The translations under genes were made by a program, and so were the position numbers. From Ostrea edulis (taxonomy: Eukaryota): a stretch of DNA of 64,000 nucleotides. Numbering within the stretch: position 1 is the stretch's first letter; every line of letters begins with the position of its first letter. The stretch is taken from NCBI RefSeq assembly GCF_947568905.1, contig NC_079164.1, positions 39,060,001 through 39,124,000 on the forward strand. The letters are read 5' to 3'. This document shows, piece after piece, positions 1 through 13,323 of the stretch. The notes under the pieces were generated by a model. The model searched no databases. It saw nothing but the letters and a program-made list of their open reading frames with translations, and was not told the DNA's origin.

Positions 1-1083
1 TATGTCTCTGTTATACGATAAAAAGATGCAGAACTGTATCTGATAGTCATTTTTAATCTAACTTTAATACACATAGAAAAGAAGCAAAGCCCGATGAAGA
101 GATCATATAACTTGCTTATAAAAGCAAAAAAGGGCAAATAAATTGCACTTTTTATTAGAAGAGAAATATTTTCCACTTTATTTTATTCATATACAACTCA
201 TTAAATGGTCGATGCTGTGTGATTCTTACTCTTCTCTTCGCACGTGGTTTCCTGGTTATGACAAGCGTGTTGACGAACAAGATTTGTATGTAAATACGAA
301 CTATATCCTGTGTAAAATATTTCCAATTCACTTAATTTTTATTTCTATAACAAAAAAACCTGTCAATTTCAAAAGATAATTATATAAAAATTCCAGAAAT
401 CATGCAAATCTCCATTAAAGCAAAGAACTATATACACACTATAGGACGCCCACTTTTACACACGTACATTTCGGAGTGTTTGGCAAATATACTATTGAAG
501 TTTTATTGAATGCCAAATAGAATTCAAATTTGTAATTGATTAATATCAGTGATACTTAATTCAAAACAACTTTTAATGAGGGGGTATAAAATTTCGTCCA
601 TTACAATCAAGCCTTTTAAAAAAAATGTCACATAATTTCAAAGAACAACTGTACTTGATATGGATTATCAACCATTAAACCTCTGAATTTACGTTATATT
701 ATTGAGTAAACAATGCTTCATCTACATTTTTGATAACCAGAATAATCCCCCAGACAGTCTCTAGAAAGCACTTGGTGACCGTAATTAAAGTCGTTTTCAT
801 CCGATGATAGATGAATCCACATATTTTAAAAGTTATGTCCCTTGGTTGCCATCTTTAGGGAAAGCCCTAAGAATTCTCACAGCAACCTTTGTAACTCATT
901 GTTTCATAACTTCTGCTTTTATTTATCTTGTAGGCCTGAATTCGTTAGTTCCTTTTCTTCTCAAATAAAACCATCCCCCGTAAAATATCCCAAATAGTAC
1001 ATGTATATGTAGTACAATAGCTACCAGGCAAGTTCTCTTTATTTGAAATAATACAATCTGAGGAGTACATTATCGATGTATTG

Positions 1084-1489
1084 ACACATAAATTGATGTT
1101 ACAGGGGACACATAAATTGATGTTACAGGGTGTTAAATAGTCTTGTTGAAGTCTCGAAAAGTCAGCATCTCGCGAATTCCATGGTCGTTTTAATCATCTT
1201 ATTTGTAAACACAGCATTTCGTTATGTGGAATACTGTCTGACGTGTATGATCCCAATTGGGGTCGTTCTTTACATACTGATTTTGACTACGGATTACTCC
1301 GTTTACATGATCAAGATAGAGGATTCACGGCAGGTGTGATGAATCAACAGGGAATACTTACTCCTCTTAGACATCTGATCCCACCACTGGTATATCCAGG
1401 TGTCCGGGTTTGCCCAACTCTAAACTTTCTATTCTTTATGACTTTATGGGTTTATGATTGATCAGTGTTCGTTATCTTTCTTTTTCATG
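1084..1489 (+). mobile_element. Penelope-like element 3' fragment (end of RT plus 3' terminus)
   Basis: Matches the 3' end of the RT-bearing copy at 11160-13050 (ctgattttgactacggattactccg...ctgatcccacc...cgttatcttt). Begins with a 24-nt tandem duplication at 1084-1130. Confidence 0.7.
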
Positions 1490-3336
1490 CAATAAATATC
1501 ATTATAAGCCGTATTTGTGTATGACCTACGCAAGGGTGTTTCGAACATCTTAGGAGCCTCTACAAGCTTGAAAATGATATATTGCCTGGTAATCACTCTC
1601 TGGATTAAGGGAGATGTAGTTGGATCTACGTAGAAAATACTTCGAGGATATCGGATTTGCTGTACTAGGAAAAGTTTTCAATGGCAAAAGTAATTCATCC
1701 AGAGAGAAGATTTCTTTAAAGTTAGTCATCAAGATGGATTAGGGTCCCTGTCGAAAATCTTCTCTTTCTTGAGAGTTAACTACATCATGCAGCTGGTAAT
1801 GGACTGCATGTCGGCATATTAGGTGTAATTTCAGTTGTTTTACATGTGTACCACAACAGTATTCCCAAGTTCATAAATTATTTACAGTTCCTACATATGT
1901 TCTGCGATGAATGATCAGTTACATATGATCTCAATACTTATAACTATTTATATCTCTCAAATAGTCTATCAGTGTAAAATGAAACACCTTGAACTCTTAA
2001 ATGATTCGATGTTCACATAAAAAATTTGAACAGAAGCCATACATATTTTTTAAAATCTGGGACACTTTAAAAGAGGACATGTATTTGAACTCGATCCACA
2101 CTTCCGATGGCTATTTAGATATTGAAAAATGGTTGCATCCTGATCAAATTGGATGTATTGTTCCCGGGGGAAAAGTTAGAATTCGATGAGGCATTGTCTC
2201 TAAGTTATATTTATTCCATGGTCTGTTGTATGAAATGTTCACGTAAGTGTGATACATGTGTTCTCAAATGAAATGTAAACCAACAAACAAAAATCTCCCA
2301 TTAAATGTTGTCCCATCACTCTCCTCCGACTGTTGTAAAACACTTCACGTCATTCGCATTTCTCCGTATTCTATTCGACAGCATGTGGTAGGAAATAGTC
2401 TGATTTAGGATTATACGGCGGACTGCATTGTGTAGGGGACTAGTCTGGGATGAAATTGAGAAAATCTACATAATCCCGTAATCTGAAATCAAGGATGTCT
2501 CTACCATTTCTTATGAGGAACTTCTGGGATTGTGACATTTTTTCTGGGGCCTACTTCGATTGGAGAACCCGAATAAATCGAGTTCATTTAAAAACACGTC
2601 ATGCACATAGGCTAACCAGGGGCGTAGCTTCGTTAGGCTCGAGTAGACACGTACCTACACATAATATTTATAACATATTCGTACAAAAATATGCACATAA
2701 AATTGTATGCTTCTCAAACGTTTATCGCATTTTTTGAAATGGGAGGAAAATGGTACATGTGTACTGACAAAAGAACAACAGTTCAGCATATATTGATAAG
2801 TTTACATAGATCTATATTTATATATTATGTTTGTAATCCGCCAAAACTCAAACATAATTTTTATTGACTCTAACAACAGTGTCATGAGTAGGCCTAATAA
2901 AAAAAAATCCCTATCCAGATCTAGGTGTCACATATTTGATTTCCCATCAAGGTTACAGAACATGTGTGTATGAACATTAGAACAGATTTTCAAATTATTT
3001 GGTACAGAATGAACAGAAAATAGGAAAATGATAATTCATCATTAATTTTGAACTATTTTTATTTATCTATCTATTATTGATATTCAAGTATGATGTATTG
3101 TAAGATGGGGTTTTATGGGAATAGCTGAAAAGTTATTTGAAATTTGTCCACCCTTTGACATTCGTCTAGCTGCCGCTGTTTGTTTACATGCGATAGAATT
3201 CGTATACATGTACTGTATAAATGTTCTATTGAAATTCGTAAGCAGGGGTGTAGCTAGCACTGTCTTGAATTTTTTTTTAGAAATTTAAGGAAAAATAAGG
3301 ACTGGTTTTTCTCTAATTTGCGCATCAAATTAATCA

Positions 3337-3490
3337 GACGGGTGTGACTGGTCAACAGGGGATGCTTACTCCTCCTCCTCGGCACCTGGTCGCACCTGTG
3401 GTATATTCAGGGGTCCGTGTCCTGCTATTGATTTTGTATTCTTTATAGAAGTTATGACATTGATCAATATTCGTTATCTTCACCTTTTCA
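3337..3490 (+). mobile_element. Penelope-like element 3' terminal fragment
   Basis: gggtgtgactggtcaacaggggatgcttactcctcc...cgttatcttcaccttttca, same family as the other copies in the window. Confidence 0.7.
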
Positions 3491-3493
3491 CAG

Positions 3494-3654
3494 AGATCGA
3501 CAATATAACTGCAAGATTCCATTTGTAGTGAGTGTCATTATCATGATTACGATTTCATTTGCAGTGACAGTCAATAACAAGTCGGAAGCAGTACAGGGCA
3601 GTGCCGAGACATACCCTGTTTCTTCCTGTCCGGGGGTAAACCAACCAATTACAG
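3494..3654 (+). CDS. Probable exon of a single-pass membrane protein (upstream exon or start not found)
   Basis: ttttcacag acceptor and G|gtaaga donor. Open frame DRQYNCKIPFVVSVIIMITISFAVTVNNKSEAVQGSAETYPVSSCPGVNQPIT with a hydrophobic stretch. Ends in phase 1, matching the exon at 4784. In-frame ATG at 3543. Confidence 0.5.
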
Positions 3655-4783
3655 GTAAGAACTCCAAACTGAAATACACTGTATTTATTTTGTGATCCGC
3701 ATAATTATGTTCATGTAAAATGTATTTGTCATAACCATTGCATGACCACTGTTCGTTATCTTTACTTTAGTGGGAAATTTCCGTTTTCTTTGTTTTGTGT
3801 TATGTTTGTTTGTTTTTAAAAATCATTTATTTGGGTTGGGAGTATTAATGTGGCCTTTTGATATATCACGTCCTTTTTACCTTTACTGTTGCAAAAATTG
3901 CTTGGCCTCCAAAGTGAACATTTTCATAATCTTTCCTCAAAGAACACGGTTTGAATCTTATCCAAAGCTATTTTAAGATGAACATGTGGTTTGTTTTTCA
4001 TTTGACGGATCGCAATACCCCCTCAAAATATTGATGTAAATATTCAGATCAGTGCAATTCAAAACCAACAAAAAAAATAACCTTCAGTACCGTTTTGGGG
4101 CGGTTAAGGTAGAAATTTTCGATAAAATGATGAACAGAAAACAGCAGACTGTCTGGTAGATATGACACCATTGCCAAGGTTTTAGAAAGCACTGGATGCT
4201 GACACCAGATTTACGTAATGAGAAAATCGTAATTCATATTTTGAACGATCCTCGAAAATTGATTTATATGTATAAGAAAACACGCGAAGGAATACAATGT
4301 ATATCAACAGTATTAAAATTTCATTATGTACGTTTTTAGTTAAACTCCTCATAAAAGCTTACAATATGTAGCACAAATTTAACACCATTAATAAGATCTA
4401 TAAAATATAAACTACATGTATTTGACGCACTTAGTTCCTTCATTCAACAATGTAGCTATAGTTATTTAATTTTGTTTCGAAACATGCAACTTGATTAGTT
4501 GAGCAACACAATTTATTTTTAATGTAACTTGCTATATAAAACATTGTGACATTATCAACATTTAACATTTTAATTTAAACATCATCTAAAAACTGTTATT
4601 AAAAGTGCATTGACATACATCAAGTGATAAGTAATGAGGAATGAATTTTGATAGCAAAGTACAGCTATGTTGTGTTGTAACGTAACTTTATACAGAAATG
4701 CAACCTACCCCTCATGTGTTACATTTAATTCCAGTACTTGTATCTAGAATGATTGTATATCTCGTCAATTCCTTATTTTTCAG

Positions 4784-5115
4784 AGAATACTAGAACCAGT
4801 GTTCTTTCCTGCAGTGAATATAACTTAAACAGTTCAGTGACAGTAGATCATGACCTCATCACCACGACCGTACAAACGAGCAAAGTCAATGAGGAGGAAT
4901 TTCTACAAAGTATTCTAAACATGAAGATCAGTCTAACAGTGAACAAATCCGAGACCAGCACGGAAATTCGTAAGAGGATCAGCGTGTACGAGGGCAGAAG
5001 TAGTGCCGTGTCTATGGGGGTCATTGGAACTGTCGTCATAGTAACAATCGTTTCCTGTCCTATCATATCAGATATTGCGACCTTCATTCAAAAACGAGGC
5101 AAAAGCAAAGCCTAA
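4784..5115 (+). CDS. Terminal exon of a bivalve-type single-pass membrane protein (Thr-rich stalk, TM helix, short basic tail)
   Basis: tatttttcag acceptor. Encodes ...LTVNKSETSTEIRKRISVYEGRSSAVSMGVIGTVVIVTIVSCPIISDIATFIQKRGKSKA*, resembling the recalled L.V.K..TS...RK..S..D.R.SA..IG..G + TM + D C-terminal motif of an expanded mollusc family. Confidence 0.65.
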
Positions 5116-8100
5116 CCAACACTGCATAATATAGTGTAGGACTCACAGTGACGTGTGCTACTGTATCTGCAATGTACAATTTCATAACTGTTTGTCTACA
5201 TAGTAGTGTCTAACCTGCAAAATGTGCTGGATGTCTGTGATTGATCGATTGAATATACGGTTTTATACGCCGTTTTGCCAATATTTCAGCAATATTTGGT
5301 CGTGAGTGTTGGAGTTTCCCTGGCGGCGCCAGTGAGCCTACTCTTTTTCGAAAATCAGGGAAACGATCCTTTGTGCAAGGGGATGGTGATACTTGACATG
5401 GGAGATCCTTTAAAGGGACTGGTTCACGTTTTGGGGAAAAATATTTTTCAATACGGGACTTTCGAGATACGGATCCACTCTGACTTTTATCGCGCGTTGA
5501 TCGTAATTTGTAACAATATATAATAACAGCTATAAGTAAACAAGCCAATCTACTTAAAATCAGATCCTAAATTACGCTCACAATCGTTACTATCAAAGTC
5601 CTGCATTAAAATTATATCTTTCAGAGAAAGAAATCACTACAACCATTTATAGGAAAATGCATTTGATTAAATTATAATCATTCTTTCTTAACAAGTAGGT
5701 CCATGTGATGTCTCGGTCTGCATCAGTGTTATAAAGGACGACAAAGGAACCACTACATTATTAGTAGATAGCATGAAGTTGGTAGACATTAGAAATATAT
5801 ACTTCGATATTATTCAATACTAAATAAAAGGAGAAAATACTAATATATGTGTCAAATTCAACTGTTCGTTATTTGAAAATAGTATTGTCGCCTGTATGTT
5901 AATTATGTTTATAAAAAACGTTCGTTATTGGGATCCAAAAGTACTATTAATTTATCAGTTTTTAAACATGTATCACATTTTAACCAATTATTCAGTACCA
6001 GGATACAAAATTTACTAACAAATATGAGTGGTCAAGTCTTTTTACATTATTTTCATGACTTGACGCACTTAAAAATTACTTGTGTTTGAACTTGAAAAAT
6101 CAAATTAAAATGTCCGTTACCACCGAGTTTAACAAATTATACGCGAATCATCGGTTTAATCTTTAATCGTAATAAACCTTTATATCAATGCAATAAGTCT
6201 TTTGATATCCCAATAACCCATTAAATTGCTTTTTGTTTTTATAATCCTCTCATCACTAACAAAAACCATGTCTTATCCTTCTTCCATGAACAATAAGTCT
6301 GTAAAACAGTTTGTCGTGTGTTGCCACCTTTGTGTTTTAATTATCAAAAGTATTAATAACAATGTCATATAATTTTACCAGACACAAAATATAAATATGA
6401 GATATAAACCAATTTTGTAAATGGAGATAATCAAAATTTCCAGTAATTAGAACTTAGACTTAACCGAAAAATCATGAAAATGGGTCTGAAAACGCTTACA
6501 AAAATAAATAACAACAAAATTGGCGGAGGCGGGGTGGAAGGAGGTAACTCACAAACTTGAAAAAAAAAACGTCCGTCGCCCAAGGCTGTAGATAGGAGAA
6601 GAGGCAGAGTGACGCTCTGCGTGGCTGAAATTTTATTGTTAGATTTTGATTGGTCAATCTCTGCCTCTCCTAAGACATGAAACAAAATTACCCTGTAAAT
6701 GCATCACCAAACAATACATCAGACTTTACTATTCAAAGAGGATATTTATTGATTACTATAAACTTAAATTTATTTGTACTGTTAATTATGAAAACACAAA
6801 CAATATGTTTTTTATTATCGAAATTTCTTTCTAATTCCTTTACTTCTTTTGTGATAAAAATGTTCGTGGTTTAAATGTTCGTTACCAATGTATACGAAAC
6901 TTGCTCTTGGCATAGCTTTACCAGATTCAGCTTTGCATAAATGACACTAAACGACAGAATTGATGACGTAGTATTGCCATGTGATGAAAATTTACCCTTA
7001 TAATATACTTAAGAGCGATACCACGGGTAATTTCAATCATGAAATAGATAGGTAAGTGCTCTTATTACACATGCTCATTTAAGTACAATTCAAATATACA
7101 CTATATATATATATATATAAGTATTGTTAGTCTGAGAATACTACTTTATGACTGAATTCAGTGATGACGCATGACAAGCGATTTTGTAACAAATGGGTAA
7201 GTATAAAAACGATAAATGTTCGTTACCCACAATAACGAACATTTTAAGAAGGCTCAAGAAAAATTATATTGCATTACACATTCATTAAAAGCAGTAAAAA
7301 TTTGTTTTGTGTACCAATGTATATAATTCAAATAAAAGTAAAGGTATACACACATTTTTATTGCAATTTGACAAGGATTCAACCATTTCAAAAATACCCT
7401 TATGCAATAATAATGATTTTTGTTGTTGTTGTTTTGTATTCTTCGTGCCCGGTAGTGAAACTGTACCATTCTATATTGATGAATTACTGGAAAAATAGCT
7501 ATATATCAGTGTTTTTGACAGAAGAGATACATAATATTTATTTTTGTTGTTATGTACACGCCAATTCCCTATAGAACAATGGTAACGAATGTTTTAAATA
7601 ATGGTAACGGACATTTATTTTCAGAATTGAACCATTAAACAAAATAGCATGCCAATGGGGAAATCCCCATCTGAGATTCAAAAGGCATGCATAGAAAGGT
7701 TAAAGGAAAACGACAGTGAGGCATATTTTGCAAAATTGATATCGGGTCCAAAATACTGACATGTCCGTGACCATTGACCTTTATTGTAATATGTCAACGT
7801 ACCCTAGATAAATTTAATACTCTACTTGGGACTTAAAATTATCATTTTCTGGTTCAAGAAGTTCTACATTATGGAAATAAACATTGAAAATGATATCTAA
7901 TTTTAATTTCTCTTTTCCGATTGTGTTGCATTAATATGAATTGATACGATTATTTAAAGTTAAATTTTCCTCGTACATGTACAATACTCACATGTCGTAT
8001 ACTTTTATCCAAGCTCTTCGTCATATCGTGTATTCAAAACATTAAATTTATCGAAAAGTATTTGTATAACCAAGAAATAAGATAAACATGATATAAATCA

Positions 8101-8541
8101 ACTTTGACTAATTTATTTTAACGAGTATGTTAATATTACCTAATGGTAACAGACATTTTGCAGCTAAAAATCATCTTTGAGGTACATGTACCTGAAATCA
8201 GCATGGTGCTACACAAAGACGGATTAAGTGTTGTAGAAAATCTTTTACTTCCAGATTCTGTGAAACCGGGCAGATAAAATGGCATATGATATCATGAATA
8301 ACATCAAAGTTGATTTTTCGATTTTTCATTCATTTGGACCTACTTATTGAGACAGACTATGTGAGTTGGCGAGGGAAATAAATCTAGGGAATATCTTGAG
8401 GATATCGGTAAAATTTTACGCCTTGCATCCAAGGATACGAGTTTAAATGCGCCTTTTTTCCCTTCCATCTAATCTACACCCAGGTACTAAGCATCAATAG
8501 TGACTTGGATTGTCATTGTTATTTGTAGGAATATGCATAGC

Positions 8542-8795
8542 TAAGGCCAAAAATAAAAATTGATTTGTTTGATGTACTCCGACCGACCCGTCAAATTTTT
8601 CAGCAATTTTAAATTTCATTTTTTTTTTTTTTTTGGTTCCCTTGAAAAATAGAAAATTCTCCTTACTTTAAAACTAAATATTAAAAAAATTCATGACATT
8701 AAAAAACAAACAAACAAAAACACCTACCTACCGACCCATCTTGAAAAATGTGGGTCGGAGTACATCAAACAAAATCATTTTTAATGATGGCCCAA
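8542..8795. mobile_element. MITE with about 45-bp imperfect terminal inverted repeats
   Basis: ggcc..aaaaattgatttgtttgatgtactccgacc at the left; gggtcggagtacatcaaacaaaatcattttt..tggcc at the right. Confidence 0.65.
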
Positions 8796-8858
8796 CACTA
8801 TTTGTATCGAGGTCAACTTTGTCCTACGATTGATAACTATCACGTGACCGCGGTGTAT

Positions 8859-8978
8859 GTAAGGGATACAAGACTCCGATGGTCTATTATGTCAGATACG
8901 GGACTGGCACGAGCCGCGTAGCGGCGAGTGATCAGTCCCGTATCTGACACAATAGACCATCGGAGTCTTGTATCTTAC
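8859..8978. repeat. Near-perfect long palindrome
   Basis: 42-bp arms (8865-8906 and 8933-8974) with one mismatch, around gcacgagccgcgtagcggcgagtgat. Confidence 0.9.
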
Positions 8979-9547
8979 TTAAAACATTGATATTGTTCTA
9001 TCTAAAAACAAATACATTTAAACGCAAAAAAAAACAAAAAAAAAACAAAAACCCACGTACAAATATACATTGGTATAGACGAATATATTTACACCTTTCG
9101 TTTCTGATTTGTTTTTAATATTTAATATATTAGGAATTCATAAACTTTAATGGCACACAAGGTCAACTCTTGTCTCTAATTCACAAAAAAACTGTTAGAT
9201 CATCATTTCAATTGTCATAATACGATACTCCTCAAAACAGGGTTTTGTTCTTCATGGAAAGCGATTCGAACGCTTCTATTGTCTGAAGACTATACTCAAC
9301 AAAACAGGTTTTCTTTTTGGGGTGAAGCTCCAAATCTTAAATCGTGGAGGAGGAAGGGGGGGGGGGGCAAAAGGTTAGTCCTGAAATTCAGTTAATTGGT
9401 TCCTTAAATTTTATAGTTCTACATATGTACTATAATTCAATACTGCTATATATAAAAAACGGGCAACCTATATGTTAAAATAACCAACTTAACATGTAAT
9501 GAAAACAGAAAATGTGCATTGTCGGAAAAAATAGCCTGAGGGCACCC

Positions 9548-9552
<5 letters not shown>

Positions 9553-9587
<35 letters not shown>
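9553..9587. repeat. (CT)n microsatellite
   Basis: Direct reading. Confidence 0.95.
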
Positions 9588-9591
<4 letters not shown>

Positions 9592-11159
9592 CTCGCTCGC
9601 TCACTATGTGCTTGATGATTTGTTTACTTTGTGTGTACTTATGGTTAAGTTGATATACACAAACATTAATTTTCAAAAGATTGAATCAGTCGCATACGTT
9701 AGAAAACAGATTTTAACAGAAAAATTACCTTAGAGATACCGTGGCGGATTCGATATATATAGCATGTTCCGTTCATTGACACCTGCTGTACATATTTTTG
9801 TCCACAGTGTGAAAGGATTACAAGTTAATGATTGCATGCATTGGTTGTACATATAATTTCTGGCATATTCATTGTGGTTTTGGGTCGTCGAAAATATTAT
9901 AATAAAACGTAACAATGAAGAATTGTTCATCCTTATTATTCTAATCTAAATTGAGATACCGTGGACTTCGAAAAATCACGTTTGGGACACATAAACATAA
10001 TAAATGACTAAGAATTTTGTGCAGTCATGTCATTTCTCAGTAACTACACTAAAAGTCTTTTCATTATTATTATTTTTTAAATCCTTAACTGGCACTAATA
10101 TTAAATTCTCTAGGACTGTCTATTTTTTATAATGACGCAATCATTTGAGGACCCTCGTGCTGCACTGTGAACAATGTATCCCATTGTTTATTTCACTTCC
10201 AATGCCGGACACAGTCATGTTAAAGTATAATTTTAAAAAATCCTGAAAAAATATGCCGGGGAAATTGGAAGAATAATCACATGACCCATACTTACACCTG
10301 TATGATAAACATATGCTTTGAATATGGAATATGTCATAATAACTACACGTATGTTTAGCTAAATTATGGAGCATACACATGCACATGTGTAAATATTCTG
10401 AAATCATTTATTTAGACTATTTATACCGCATATATTCAAAGACGCATGTATCATATTTCAATGCGAAAATTCAAAAGTTGTATCCGATCTTTTTCTAAAA
10501 ATGGTATTTAGAAACAGAAGATGATTGTTTATCCACGTATCGCCCATATGATTCCTGAGTTTTGAGAATCTTTACTTCTTCATTGGGTATATATTACTGA
10601 AACAAAAGACAAAACTGACATGAATCAAAAGTATGCACAACTTTACAAATTGCAGTGGCGTAGTTTCCCGTGCTGAGGACGTGAACAGGATTTCTCATTA
10701 CAGTCAGTGTGATACATGTACATTCACGTTGTACTTTAATACTGTACTGACCATAACAATGACAAAGTGGCGGATCAACAGAGTCAAAATGAGGAGTTGC
10801 AATTCAATACAGTACATTTACCGAAAGGGGGTGTTGTTAAATCCCCGTCTTGGCAGGAAACGACATTTTGGGTTGATGATATCCCTGGAGATGGTGAAAC
10901 TCCGGAATATACTCCCTTTAGATCCACCTCTATCACGTCCAGACATCGCTGTAGGAAAATGTGGCCAATGATACAGTTATTTTGCGTGACATATCAACAT
11001 TTTCACTCCAGAACTTTTTTAACAGTTCTGAACATAACGATGGAGGTTGAAGGTCAGTCATTGGTTGGAAATAAAATTCTACTCTTCGAAAATTAATTCT
11101 CGAAGCTAGTTTCAACAACAAAATTAATACTGACTGATCCATAGGACCATATGCAAATC

Positions 11160-13050
11160 AGGTGAAGATAACGAAGATAACGAACAGTGATCAATATCAT
11201 TACCCCTATAAGCAATACAAAATAGAGAGTTGGGCAAACACGGAGCCCTGGACATATCAGAGGTTGATTCAGGTGCCTAGGAGGAGTAAGCATTCCCAGT
11301 CGAAAGGTCACACCTGCCGTGAGCCCCATATCTTGATCAGGTAAACAGAGTAATCCGAGGTCAAAATCAGTGTGCCAAGAACGGTCTAACAATCCGTATA
11401 AAACAAGTCAGACAGCATTCTATCCAATGATAGGTTGTAATGGCAACTAAATCATTTTAACGACCATAGAATTTGCGAAATGCTGACTTTGAACGATACC
11501 GTTGAAACCCCTGTAACATCAACTTCTTTGTCAGTTGCCCGTCTCGATTCAAAAACTTATCATACGCAGAATAAGCTCTTGCGTAACGAATCAGTTGAGA
11601 GATATAAATAATATAATTATGCAGGTGATAATGGAATATTGCTATATAGATATGGGAAGTTGACAATGGACAAGCTGAAATCATCACGTTTGTCAAATAG
11701 TTGAGTTGTTAATTTGCCTTTAATATATATTTTCAATAAAATATCAAAGTTCGAAGCAGATGTGGAGGACTCTGTGGGCTTTTCATTTCGAGCTCACAAT
11801 GATATATCGAATCGACATATGAATGAAAATGATTATTGTTTTAGATAAAATGTCGTCGATATGTCTAAATGTTGACTTGAAGGCCACAGCAAGATATTTA
11901 TTCTTCTCACGTATAGGCTTTTGAATAAACTCTGCTTCATGAGAATATAAAAAAAACAGGTCAGCTAACAAAGGAGCACAATTCGTGCCCATGGAAATTT
12001 CAACAGACTGATGGAAGACCTGATCACCAAAGACTACGAAGATATTGTCAATGAGAAACTCCAGCATATTTTCTATTTCATCTGCAGAGTACACGTGCGT
12101 GGAATCAGAGTGGTGTTTCCATGTAACTAAACAACGTAATTTTTTGGATGACTGATCACTAAATACGAATATTTTCTTTTTCCACTTTTGTTGAAGATCC
12201 AACTGTTTATGATGTCAAAATGTCTAGTTTTTAATTTTTTGTGAGGAATGGCCGTGTACGTTTTGATGTTGATTAAAAGGTTTTATGATTTCATATCTGC
12301 TAAAAGTTCTTTTGCGTTTTTTAGAATCCACATTTGATTTACACCCCTTCTGACATATTGTGGCACAATACGTTTGAAGTTTCTCCTTCACAGCTGTTTA
12401 ATATTTTTGTGAGCAAAGATAGGGGCTTCGTAGAACATTTACTCGATCCATCAATGTATCTTTCTTTGTAAGGGTTTCTGTGAAGTTTAGGAACCCAGTA
12501 TAGGTACAGTAACTCATATACATCTGTCCTATAGACTGGGATATTAAATGTGTCTAAAACTGGAACATGGTTGCAAAGAATTTTCTCTTTTGAAAGGGTA
12601 ATTGGATTATGAGTTCGATTACCAAATTTGAAATTAATTAATGAAGTTCGTTTATGATACAGTTGTAATAATGAATCTGACAAAGACAATGTTGTTACAC
12701 GCTTTGTCAGCTGCAACCAAAACGTATTCCTCATGTACCCTATCTAATTCTTTGATCACTTTTGCTGTAGTAAACACAGAAGGGTAGATAGTTTGTACTT
12801 TTGTTTTGATGCGTCTAATGCGGGATTTTATTATTCCTCATTTACGTCTAATTTATTCTGACAAGGTATCAAGTTCTTTTTATTTAGCCCATCGTCTGGC
12901 ATAATCTTCGACAAAATTCGTAACAGAGATGAAGTTCTGCTGCCAAATGAAAGATCAGGTTCTCTGAATTTCGAACGTTTTAGAATAAGTGATTTCAGGT
13001 CTTTATTTTCAACATGGTATTTCTAACTTTTGAATGTCAGTTGGTGAGTT
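11160..13050 (-). mobile_element. Decayed Penelope-like retroelement, reverse transcriptase region (probably Naiad clade)
   Basis: Fragments LYWVPKLHRNPYKERYI.GSSKCSTKPLS, MGTNCAPLLADLF, FRHIDD and YISQLIRYARA...AFRKFYGR, broken by frameshifts and stops. The RT runs into the 3' terminus with no downstream GIY-YIG domain. Confidence 0.85.
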
Positions 13051-13323
13051 AAAAGTGAAATAAAGTACTTGTAATGTTTTAGGTTACGTAAACACTACAA
13101 ATTTATTTGTTGTGTTCAGAATTAACTTGTAATTTGAAAAATCTGCTTAATTAAACAAAACCTTTACTAGTATATTTAACCTATGTACGGTAAACAAATA
13201 CATGACACGAGCCCTGATTACATAACAAAGAATTGTGAGCTCTGTTTTTCTCTTGTAACTTGACAACTGACATTCAAGTTTTGTGGACCATTAGATATAC
13301 CTTAGTTAAGCATTTTAAACACT

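Noticed and set aside
1510-2600. Possible LINE endonuclease/RT remnant on - (LMGDF; FSLDELLLPLKTFPST)
   Set aside because: Only faint motif echoes; cannot be supported without an alignment.
5210-5548. Overlapping ORFs on both strands after the membrane-protein stop
   Set aside because: The region consists of SINE and transposon fragments; no recognisable protein.
8255-8361. Exon-like segment with ttccag acceptor and gtgagt donor
   Set aside because: The ATG-led frame is closed by TGA and no partner exons were found.
11160-13050. Selenocysteine-coding Naiad (reported in clams) or a hammerhead ribozyme in the PLE end
   Set aside because: The copy is broken by frameshifts and TAA stops so TGA codons are uninformative. 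No CUGANGA..GAAA core or SECIS was found by eye.
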